Below are positions 52,990 through 64,000 of a stretch of DNA of 64,000 bases, in pieces. Location: NCBI GenBank assembly GCA_965285935.1, contig OZ260664.1, positions 11,594,001 through 11,658,000 of the forward strand, given 5' to 3'. Positions within the stretch are counted from its first letter, which is position 1; each line of letters starts with the position of its first letter. The notes below the pieces were generated by a model that was not told the DNA's origin, did not search any database, and saw only the letters and a program-made list of their open reading frames with translations. This stretch comes from Ophelia neglecta. Its lineage: Eukaryota. The translations under genes were made by a program, and so were the position numbers.

Positions 52990-53744
52990 TTTCTCTGTTC
53001 TATTTCTCAATCTGGTAAAAGTCCTGTAATAAAAATAAGTTAAATAAACTAAAAGGAAGGACGGCTAGAGCAATTGAGCATATCACTGGGATCTGATGAA
53101 TGCTTAAAATATGTGATCAAGTGAACTTAAGATAATATATTTATGATGATTTACACTATGTTGATTCTTGTCAATTTTATTGGCGCTGGAACAGAAGGTG
53201 GAAATAGGATTGAACCCGCGGCTGACAAAAAAGGTACAAATATCTTCAGGTCAGCCTCTGTATCCTGTGTTGTAACAATGCGAAGCAAGACTACCATTAA
53301 GGTATGTCACAAATTCGGTCAACTTGGGGCATTATTGGCACTCCTTGATACAATTCGATATATAAAGGTTTATGAGAAGTCCGTGTTGTTGAAATCTGCG
53401 AGCTGTGGGCTAAGGCACCGCAGGGTGGCGAAGAATTTGTCACCGGTTGCCAATCTCATTATAAGAAGTAGAAGAAGTAGAAGTAGGTTGGGGCGTTCAG
53501 TAACCTAAGCATGTCAGGTTCAATGGCGCTTCAAAATAAAGTATAATCAAACCTTTATGAATTCAAATAAAAGACTTGCTTAATTAAAAAGTAGTCAGAT
53601 AGTGGAAGAATTGTCACAGTTAATAAAACAAACTTAACAATTGATTAAATATGAACTGAAGCATTTTAGCAATATAATTATGCTTATCATAGACAATTAA
53701 AATCAGGTGCACATGCTTTATTGTTTTAAGTGAGCAAGCATAGC

Positions 53745-53840
53745 CAGGTCGGTTTTCAAGTTGTTTTTGAACGCAATTATCGACCAAGCAGATTTTACAT
53801 TCGCCGATAAGGAGTTAAAAAGATTCGGACCTAGGAACAC
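53745..53840 (-). mobile_element. 3' end fragment of a CR1/L2-like LINE ORF2
   Basis: Translates to FLGPNLFNSLSANVKSAWSIIAFKNNLKTDL (GP-LWNSLP...FK--LKT-L motif), followed by AATAAA. Confidence 0.65.
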
Positions 53841-55184
53841 ATTAAAATATCGATCACCAGGACTAGTTAGTTGCATTTACGCTTAACCTAGTAGTAGCTG
53901 TCACTGAGGCCACATAGCATCAAAACTGGAGTACAAATTAAATGCTATGACGCAAGTTTCAAACTTATCAGAGGCGCATTGGGGATACAGCATCGACCTG
54001 CCTGTGTGACTTGTGGAAAACAGCAACTCCACCAAGACCACTATTAGCAATTCATGCAGAGGGAAAATCATTACATTCAGGCAGAGTGAGGGCTTCTATG
54101 AAGAGAAAGCCAATATGAAGATTAAGACATCTCGAGTTTAAAGTACTATAATTTAGGTAGCAAAGGTAGGTCAGACACATATTTTTATTTTTGTGATGCC
54201 CTTAAACCTTGAAGTTAACCCATTTTTTGAAAGCAGACAGTTCATGTACTCAAGTCTTATTGGCATTAAGCAGTCATAGAATTTTAATACAGCAATGCTT
54301 ACATGCTTATTTATAAATAAAATGTGAAATAACATGCTCTTGCGCCAAGTTTGTTTCTGATTGCCTCTATCTCTATGAATATAGCCCAAGTCATCCCTCG
54401 TGAATTATGCAAACACGAAACACGATCAAGATAAATAGACTAAGTATCTCATGGTTAAATGGGGATGTGAATTTTGATCCGCTTATCAGAAAAGCGGCAC
54501 GTCCACAAGAAATCTGTCCTTAACCCATTGGACACTAGTTAAGTGCACCTATAATGTTGCAAGATACACGACGCCCACGTTTAAACTTGTAAAGTACATT
54601 GCGATACATAACGTATACTTGTACCTTCTGTGTATGATATCGGCTAGTTAAACTGGTTAGCATCGCAGGGCGTCGAAGATTTACCCTCTCATTTTACTCT
54701 CAGTAGTTTGCATTACCAACTTATTTGCAAACCTTGCAGTTCTTGCAATAATGTGTAGAATTTATCTCGTCAGGCCTGACAGACGGTAAATACTACAGTC
54801 GTTACCAGTAAACGGGTTCATAACTCGCTATTTACATTCTTTTGAACTAGCACAACCATGAGAAATACAAAACAGGAAAAACCATCAACACCAAAAGGCA
54901 CAAGCCTGGTTATCTATATAAGGCCACGTACTATTTTTGGCACCATTTGACTATAGTAACTTCTGTTTAACCGTATTTAGAAATTTAAATTGCTTATGTC
55001 CTTTTGCATATTTAGCTATGATGGAAATGATAGGTGGTCTATGTGGATTTGGGCTACGCATTCTAAAAGTGCAATGACATTTACGACTATATTATTTATC
55101 AAGTTGAAATATAGGAAAATACTATTACGGAGTTTCAGACTGCAGTGGCTTCCAGCAGAACAACCGTGGCTCAGCAGTGAAGGC

Positions 55185-55482
55185 TGTTGTTGTTGTTTGG
55201 GGTTTTACGTGGTTTTCAACACTTTTCTGCTAATATCGCCACAGCGCAAACTAGTGACAGTGGGCCCAGTGCCCTCTTTAGAGTGCTGCCTCACTGGAGT
55301 ACTTGCGGTAGACACCAGACAGAAAACCCCACCCAGTCACGTTATACTGACACCGGGTTGATCAGTCCTGATACTACCCTCGAAATACGGGGCGAGCGAG
55401 CAATCAGTACCTATTTTTATTCGAACCCCGATCCACCACTCGCGAGGCGGACTCCCTAACCACTCGGCCACGCTCTAGTGGT
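55185..55482 (-). mobile_element. tRNA-derived SINE
   Basis: Minus strand: A box TGGCCGAGTGG, B box GGTTCGAAT, central CCCGGTGTCAGTATAACGTGACTGGGTGGGGT core resembling invertebrate SINE cores, (CAA)n tail. Possible TSD TCAGCAGTG at 55171 and 55484. Confidence 0.8.
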
Positions 55483-56482
55483 TTCAGCAGTGTGGGTGCT
55501 CGGGTCATTCAATATGGTAAAACAACCACGTGCCCCCAGATTTGGATGCTATGAATACGTCTGCGATAATTAGTAAATTCAGCACTAATAAAGAGAATAA
55601 AATGCTAATTTAACATTTTTGTGAAGGTTCCTTTCTTCAGAAAAAGTGCACCTTATGAGTGTAAATCAAGCTTATAAAATTTCAAAAATTAAAGCTTTTT
55701 TATGATTAAATGGAGCTTAATCCATTTACATATATAGAGATATGAATTCTTGCTTATGATTCAATAATATGTGTGTTTGGTCGTAAAAATGGATCGACAA
55801 AAAAGTAATGTGCACATAAAAATAAACATACTTTTCACTGTGAGCGGTAAATGGACCAGTCCCATTGTAACAAAGCGCTAAAATAACAAATGCAAAATAC
55901 TGCGAGTCCAAATATTATTTCTCAATTGGATTTTTATGCACGTACGTTTTACAAGACTTGTACGTGACGATTTTGATAATTGGATTGATATTGTGTCTAA
56001 CATATAGTTAAAGACATTTTTGGCAGCGTATTTTGCACTGATTATCGGACATCACTTCATATTTTTTCCCGAGCTGTTCATGGATCACTTTAAACAAAAA
56101 ATATATATAAAGTTGGCCCATTCGACTTTACGTACATCACGGACAAACTCAGAACTCTCTGCAACTCAACATATTTCAATTCATAATTTAATTATGAGGT
56201 GACCCAAATAATCGTTGTACACGCTAATTCCTGCATTATTCATGTCAGTGAACAAGCCGAAAACAAGGGCAACTAAGTTTCCAAAAAATAGTACAAATAC
56301 CCTCCTGATTCAACCAATCTAGATAGCTAGGATACCTAAAGAGTATCCTAGAGAACTATTTCTTCACCTAAATGAATTGATAAATACGGAGAAGAAATAA
56401 AACTTCTTTTCTCATTTTTGGGCCATAATATAGTCAGAAACAATTAATATTCTTAATCGAATTTCGAAAATGTTCGGACGGA

Positions 56483-57930
56483 AATCTTAACGTGTGTGAT
56501 CACAATTCACCACTCAATATTTTCCAGAAAATGTGTCTCAAATTACAGTTTAAAATTACAAGATGTTTTCGTTACTAATAAACATCTTGCTGATGACCAG
56601 ATATGAATAGCATGAGTTGTTCGGCAATTGAAGTTTACGAGTCAGTCTTTCGTTGTTACCTTAACTCATTTGAAAATGACTACGAGTCAGTCGCGGTACG
56701 AGAAAGTAACGTTACAAATCACCAAGTGTCCTAGGCTGAGTTTATAACTAAATTTACGTTCAAACGGTACGCATTTCAGTCACGTAAGGCAAACAACGCC
56801 TTACTTAATCGATATTAGCTCGACTGCTATTACAGGTATTTTACGCACTACTGTAGATTGAATATTTTAAATCTAATCCTTAATCTTAACGTGTGTGATC
56901 ACAATTCACCACTCAATATTTTCCATAAAGTGTGTCTCAAATTACAGTTTAAAATTACAAAATGTTTTCGTTACTAATAAACATCTTGCTGACGACCATA
57001 TATGAATAGCATGAGTTGTTTGGCAATTGAAGTTTGAACATAGCCGGCAAAAAATGTAACGTAAGACACCCTTTAAAGACGCCTTAAAAAACTTATCTAT
57101 ATCAAAGGTCCAATATATTATAAAATAAATATTGCGCGTCCCAATATACTTAAGTTTACCAAAAATCACATTAAGATAAAATTTATTAATAAACATATGG
57201 GGCAAAAAACACAGAGGCCAAAAATTGACCCTAATTTACACATAGGGACAAGTGATCTGTATGAATCACAGCCATACGATACCGGGTTCATTATTAACCC
57301 AATACAGTGTAGATAAATAAACTCGAGCACACGAATAATCCGGTAAATAGACGAGCCAATAGGCTCAAACATGACCGGGGTCGACAATGACATTATTATC
57401 CTAATGTCAGCCATGTATGCAATATATAATTGTTTTATAAAAATGTCTATATTTGACTTATTACAGAGGAGACCAACTACTTGGGCAAATAAAGCAGGCT
57501 AAAGCAACTATCCGTGGAATCCTATGTAGGATATAAACAAACCTAGGAAATTCTCGTGGAGGAAACGGAGCAATTCAGGACCTGTCAATGCTTTAGTTCA
57601 AACATTTCATTTATGTTCAAGATTGGTACGAGTTGCAGTCACGTAAGCCCAATATCATAACCATATTTACCTAAATAGTGGAATGCATGGGGCGTCCTTT
57701 TAGGCTTGATTTCGTTGTTACCTTAACTCACTTGAAAATGACTACGAGTCAGTCGCGGTACGAGAAAGTAACGTTACAAATCACCAAGTGTCCTAGGCTG
57801 AGTTTATAACTAAATTTACGTTCAAACGGTACGCATTTCAGTCACGTAAGGCAAACAACGCCTTACTTAATCGATATTAGCTCGACTGCCATTACGGGTA
57901 ATTTACGCACTACAGTAGATAGAATATTTT
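56483..57930. repeat. Interleaved local duplications X-Y-X'-spacer-Y'
   Basis: X 56483-56636 matches X' 56882-57035; Y 56648-56868 matches Y' 57710-57930; each pair has only a few mismatches. Confidence 0.9.
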
Positions 57931-60742
57931 GTATACACCTAATCGAAAACAAACAACGCACGTCAGCTTGTGACAATAAGCATTGTAACAGACAAATAGA
58001 CCCAACAGTCGGGAGTGTTCGGCATTGAAATTGCCTGGCATTGATAGAATGCTGGTTGCATTTCAGAATAAGGGTTTCGCTGATTTGCCTCAAAGCGAAC
58101 TCTAGCGGAGCACAATAACCGTTCTAATAATTTAATTTAACGTCAAAATGACCTCTAAGAAGATTAGTTGTTACAATTAATTCTATAAGTTGTACAGACT
58201 GAACAGTAATGCCACAATTCTCCGGTCACTATACCTGTTTCGACACCTCAACAAGACTTGCTCATGGGTCCTAAATAGCCAAAATATGTAGTCAGTGAAT
58301 GAATATGCAGTAATGCCAACTCAATCTCATTTTCTAGGAAGTTGGGCGAGCCAGCAATTGGCCTGTGTATACACATCGCGCTTTGGTCAGAAGGTGTACA
58401 AATACTTTCTAGAACACACTTCCTTCAGAGTGTTCATCCTTAGCAACGATCAGCTTCAAAAATCATTTGGAGCATCCTCCTTTCGGAACACTCCTTTCGG
58501 GCCCCTATTTCGAACAGGAAACACGTTTTTTTGTATAGTAAAGTAGGTGGTTCATTCCATCTGGTGGAAGAGGGCAGACGAAGGGATGGGAGTCTACCTC
58601 ATGCTGTTACTGAAATCGTATGTGGCCCTCCACAAGCACCCACGCATGCACTTACGAACATCGGTTATATATAATACTGTAAAATATTAATCAACGTTTT
58701 TTCGCGAGTTTCGCGTACACAATCGATGCACCAAAAATGTGCGCGAACATTTGTGCAGCTCTATGCCATACAACATTTTTCGAAATTCACGAATATTACG
58801 TGCGCAAAAGCCAAATGTAGCTCATTTCCCACTATATCACAAAGCCAAAACGAATTTATGGACCGTTAAGCATGTGTATTATTGATATTAAGTTCAGATA
58901 CTGAAAAACAACACAGCATAAGATGTTAAGAACATTTAAATTAGAATATCAGTTGCAAAGAACCATATGCTAACATCACAAAGCCAATAGGAACTGTCAT
59001 TTATTAGCTGTTGTGCAGGCATCTACCAATGAGGTATTCCTTTTTAATGGGCAATCACAATAACGTTTTGGCAGTCTCTGTATCGTTGAGTAAGTTACAA
59101 CAAAGCAATGTCTTAATTATTAACTTTGCACACTGAAAATAAAAAGAAACATACCAATGTTCGTTTTTCGGCGACTTCACGCCGAATCCTGTAAAATTTA
59201 ATCTGTAATACAAACACTACAAATACCCTCTAGTAAGCGGCACCTTATAGGCATGTATTTCGTGTAACGTGGTCCCACATTTCTGAATCAATATGCGTTA
59301 TGGTAGAAAAACGATCCTCGTTTGCAGGTACGGTAGTCAACAGCAACCCACTCTTGTATTGACACAGCCCAATGCATAATATGATCGAGGTCGGCCACAA
59401 GACACACACTTTTTTTTACATACTTCTTGATATGCAATTTCAAAGTCAATGATTTTAAATATGCGTTGGTATCGAATATCACATATCGGGATTGAGTAAC
59501 GAAGAATATTTAAGGTTATCTTTAAGTTGCTCGTTTGTTTAATCGATTTTGCATGGTCTTTTACCAGGCAATACACACAATGTTGTATTGATATGTATTT
59601 TATTTATACCCCTTCCATCTGAAGAAGAAGGTATTTTGATTTATGGATATGTTGTTGTGAAATTTCAATACTATGATTTTAGCTCGGGTAAAGCCAAATA
59701 GCCTACCCACTTTTAGTAATGATGGTAGTTCGTTGATTCACTTAGCCTCCTGTCCGTTGGGACATAGTGAATAGTGAAACAGTCGGTTTGTGCCGTTGTT
59801 ACCATTGCGGTAAGTAGTATGCTAGAATTCGAGTCCGCTTAAAGTGTAAGTAGTTTATATATTTCATATTAATATACAAGTATAATAAACGGTGTTTCTG
59901 GTAATCGTGTCCAACCGTTGTTTCTTGTTCTAATGTTACAAATAACTAAAACGATGAAAACTAATCTTATATCGTTATAGATTAACCGTTTGGACACACA
60001 GAGTTGGAATGTTTATTGCCAGTGTTTATATACAGATACACTGTGTAAAGTTCAACAGTAGTAGACATATGCAAATGACATGATGTAACAAGATTTCAGT
60101 TTGAAGAAAAGCAAAAACATATCGCTTATATTGTATAGTGATGGAATTCATTGCCTTTCACTTGTAATTGGGAAAAGCCTTTCTTGGAACATACCTCAAA
60201 TTATAAGGTCATCCCTTATTCAATTAGCAAACATTTGATAAACCAAATATAAGTGATAAAAATCAGAAAAAAAAGTTTGCCGAAAAGTTTGACTGCCGCT
60301 GGCCAATGTCTTGTGGCAGTTAAATGGAAAACTAAATTTTAACAGATTTCTTTCAAATTCCCTGAATTTTTGGTATTTCAACCTAATTGGTAAATGTAAC
60401 GTTTTGACCTATAAACAACGACCCTTGAAAGAGAAAGAAGAAAACGATATAATGATGGACTGGATTTTGATCCAGAGCCCTCAGGGCTAACCCTTATACT
60501 AAATGTCGTATGGGTTTTGCTATATGTACTTTACGTTAGTCGTGTCATCATTTTAGATAGAATTAGAGCTTAAAGCATCTACATAGTGTGGTTATATTTT
60601 TTTTTGAAAACCGTTATACCTTTAGTCTGATACGCTATTATTTTTAAAATTGCTTAACTGAGGTTCTGCTTAAAGCATATTACCTTATAATTAGCAACAG
60701 GTACTAAACTAATTTAGAACGAAATAATTAAATGCAATAATA

Positions 60743-60970
60743 CTTAGAGGCCTACAACCCGACGAGGGCGGTAAAACAGCAGCCCAAAAAATGGTAATAT
60801 TAAATCAGTTTTTGAACCAAGTAGCCAACTACTGTTGTGATGTAATTGGCAGAGACCTTATAGTAGACTGTTCCACCAGCCTGGAGAGTGTCTGGCAGGT
60901 AATTCGCCAACACTATGGGTTTCTGCGCACAGGTGGCCGTTTCATCGATTTGTGTAATTCCAAGCTCGAG
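60743..60970 (+). mobile_element. Fragment of an LTR-retrotransposon (Ty3/Gypsy-like) gag
   Basis: LRGLQPDEGGKTAAQKMVILNQFLNQVANYC...STSLESVWQVIRQHYGFLRTGGRFIDL resembles invertebrate Gypsy gag (TAxQK...LGQIANY...SIWQxIRxHYGF). Recognised from memory, not searched. Confidence 0.6.
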
Positions 60971-61354
60971 GCTCGGGCCCTATGGGAACCATTGAAGAAC
61001 CCGTATTTGCTTTAGGCCACGAGGTTATTCTTTTCAAGGGTGCGCTAACAAACTTCAAATCGACCACCACCTGCTATAGATATACGAGAACTATGGACCA
61101 GTTGTCGTCGGGTAAACACTGAGTTGGGCTACATGCTTGTACAATATGCAATATATATATAACTTTATTTCCTCCGATATCGAAGAGTACACCATATAAA
61201 AGTGAATATAGAAATAATATATTTAACGTGAAAAAGTGAAAAAAGTAACGTGTCAATTGAAAATGTTAAATATCATAGTGACAGAACTGCTAGAAAGTGA
61301 TATCATATATAATTTGTTATCATTAATTTCGTTACAAATTTATTTTCATTTAAG

Positions 61355-63530
61355 AGCCTGCTGCTGACAATTCCAAATTGGGACTAATTATATGGAAATT
61401 GTTTTATTTATCCATTTTATTTGGTATGATGCATTTTCACTGCTGTTATATTAAGGTTTAACAGCTTGTAATGGCAAAACTACTTACTTGTCATCGAATT
61501 TATCAGTGCAGAAATGATAACTATCAGTATCAGTGAAGCATGGGCATCGACACGAGGTGGCGCGTCCCGTTGGGCATTCCAAAGGTAACCTAGATATCTG
61601 GGTAAATGGCATGTCGTGTAAACGATCTATGATGTTCATAATGTATCAAACGACATATTTTAAACGTTTCTATATCGACATATATCAAATTAATTAGTTT
61701 ATACGATGGATAATTAACGAATATATCCCTTCTGCCATGTTTGTTGCTATCAATGCATAAACTGGTTTACCTCAAGATTGGTGTTAAGAAAGGGGTTGGG
61801 GAAGTGCTATGTTGAAAATAGTACAGCAGTCAGTCAATTTTCTTCGACCGACTCAGTAGCTTTCAAATATACTTGCTGAAAGAGGCCGAATAAGCAGGAA
61901 ATACAAACTTTTTGTCAACACAGTCACAGATCGGCTCGTTTCCAGACCCTTGTTTCATGCCTAGAAATACGTTTGTTTCCTGAACTTCGTGTATCTCGAT
62001 CAGATTACTTAGGGCAGGGTTCGAAATAGATCCTTGGACATTAATCTAAAATGAATATAATTACCTGCTTAGACTCACAGCAGACTGGAAAACACGCACC
62101 GAATTCCAGTAATGACATGTATGTAATCATACGCTCGGTTTTAAAAATATTTTACGTCACAAACCTATTATTCAATTTACATGATGATTTATTAAAGGCA
62201 TCGAAAAGAAGTTTTCAATTTAGCATACAATATAACAGATTATAACCCTATAATATTAATGATAGTCATAACCACCTGCGGACGTGGTAGTGGTTGGTGG
62301 GCGGGCTAGTGTTACCAAAGAAATTAGGAAAACATTTTTATCTCTAGCAAACATAAATGCATGACAGCTCATCTAGAAAAACGGCCCGTTAGCATGGCCT
62401 ACAATGGCGACAACAATATTATTAAGACAATTGAAAAAATTCCTTGCAGACAAAGTAAAATAATTAAAAATATTCCGTTTTCAAATCTGTGAGAAATCAT
62501 CAGGAACTAAAGTTATACAGATGTACCGTAAAATACTAATTATTTATCTTTTTTACCACATATTTTAGTATAATGGAGTAGTCGGTTATCACAGCTAGTA
62601 CACAAATACAAGGTTATCTCCTTCGTAAGCCTTCTAATGGGAATAATCTTGAAAATCAAAAAATCAAGTATTAATGTCAAATACGAGTTATAACACTAGC
62701 TTTCCAATGGCGATTCAAGGTCAAAGTCAAGATATGTGGTCAGGGTCATATGCGAAATTAGTCCAATGTGCTAAAGGTCTGTCAACCTTTTTGAAACAAA
62801 ATATATACCACAGATAGATTTACTGTCATTTTTAGCATTTTATCTCTACTCAACAACAAAAATATAATATCAAAAACATTCATAAAGTTTAAATGAGAAG
62901 GTGAATTTTCTATCGTGACCCTTTGACTCAATACCTATCGAAATTGTATGAATAAACCACAGCAATCAGCAACACAGGTGGTTTAGTTTCGTGTTGACAT
63001 CGTTTTCCCGGACACGCTGAAAATTTGACGCTGCTATCGTGCATTTTCGTAATGCCGAGATTAGATAGCTCAAGAAATTCTTCGGTAGCACTTGCCCGTC
63101 ACATGGTAGGGACTAACTCTTTTGGTCCACACCCTATTACCCCATGGTGTTATGTCACCGACCTCGTAAGATACTTGTTTTTGCAGCGAGGAATATTGGT
63201 TACACTCTCGAGTATCCATGTAGAAATTCAGCCAGTTGCGTCTCATGAATAATTAAAATTGTATTTATCACCAAATATATAGTGGTAATAATGACACAAT
63301 TTAAAAAATGTCTTGTAGTGGTTTACCTTTTGAAATAAGTGAACATTTTCTATGTTACAGTCTATTTGCCATTCGGGTGTGACGAAGTCTTGATTGATCA
63401 CTAAATAACCATCGATATCGACTAAAAAGCATCTGGAAACACGATGTTCAACTACCAATAATGTAATTTACAATGTGACAATGGGAGTTTAAATTAGTTT
63501 ATGACGCAGCCCAATTGATTAAAACCAGAG
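61355..63530 (-). pseudogene. Partial, pseudogenised paralogue of the CACHD1-like gene (homologues of exons 20-23 plus introns)
   Basis: Exon homologues at 63432-63327 (CFLVDIDGYLVI), 63244-63163 (acceptor CAG changed to CAT and a 14-bp frameshifting deletion), 62045-61909 and 61597-61488 (CRCPCFTD). Intron similarity to about 39240-41580. No homologues of exons 24-26 seen. Confidence 0.8.
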
Positions 63531-64000
63531 ATTGTTTGGACCATATTCATATGCACGTCAGGTGCACACGTCCAAATGCTTACATCAAAAGGACAACACG
63601 AAGATTGGGGCTTGTCATGGATATTCTTTTTTCAAAGGTGAAGAAGGTTTTGGTTTACATGTGCAACGATTATAGACCTTTTGGACGTCTTTGATTCATT
63701 GAAGAAAATAAGAATAAAATAATGAAGTAAGACTTTATAATGTCTTACTTATATGCACTTGTTTGAAGCATAAATCTATAGGCAGGACCGAATTATGTTC
63801 AAAAACAGGTCTGATGGGGTCGCTGTACTGGTTAAAACCTATATGAGAAAAACGGCTCTAGTAGGAGTGTGTAGTTAAGCTGTTTGGTTATGATTTAGGG
63901 TAACATTTGGGTGTATCTACCTACCACCAGTTATCACTTGTGGTAATTAAGAGATTTTAATAGCAGAATATCAAATATATCAAATATACAAGCATATTTA

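Overview
AT-rich animal genomic DNA; the repeat types suggest a lophotrochozoan or mollusc-like invertebrate (inference only). Three main contents. (1) An 8.6-kb tyrosine-recombinase (YR) retrotransposon of the Ngaro/PAT split-direct-repeat type at 27150-35756 on the minus strand, with architecture A1-[SGNH hydrolase]-gag-RT/RNaseH-YR-B1A2-[1.2-kb spacer]-B2. Its SGNH ORF lies 5' of gag, apparently inside a removable intron. It carries two internal tandem arrays (47 bp and 83 bp), a MITE fixed in both B repeats and a TTT crossover core at all three junctions. Its terminal repeats are near-identical although gag and pol are disrupted. (2) A complete 26-exon gene (38372-52989, minus strand) for a ~1098-aa VWA + double-Cache type I membrane protein (CACHD1/alpha2delta-like) with two GC-AG introns. 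(3) A pseudogenised partial paralogue of that gene (about 61355-63530). The rest, especially 1-27 kb and 53-61 kb, is intergenic DNA with decayed LINE, SINE and Gypsy fragments and small duplications. Most ORF-track entries there are spurious. All alignments and exon boundaries were read by eye.
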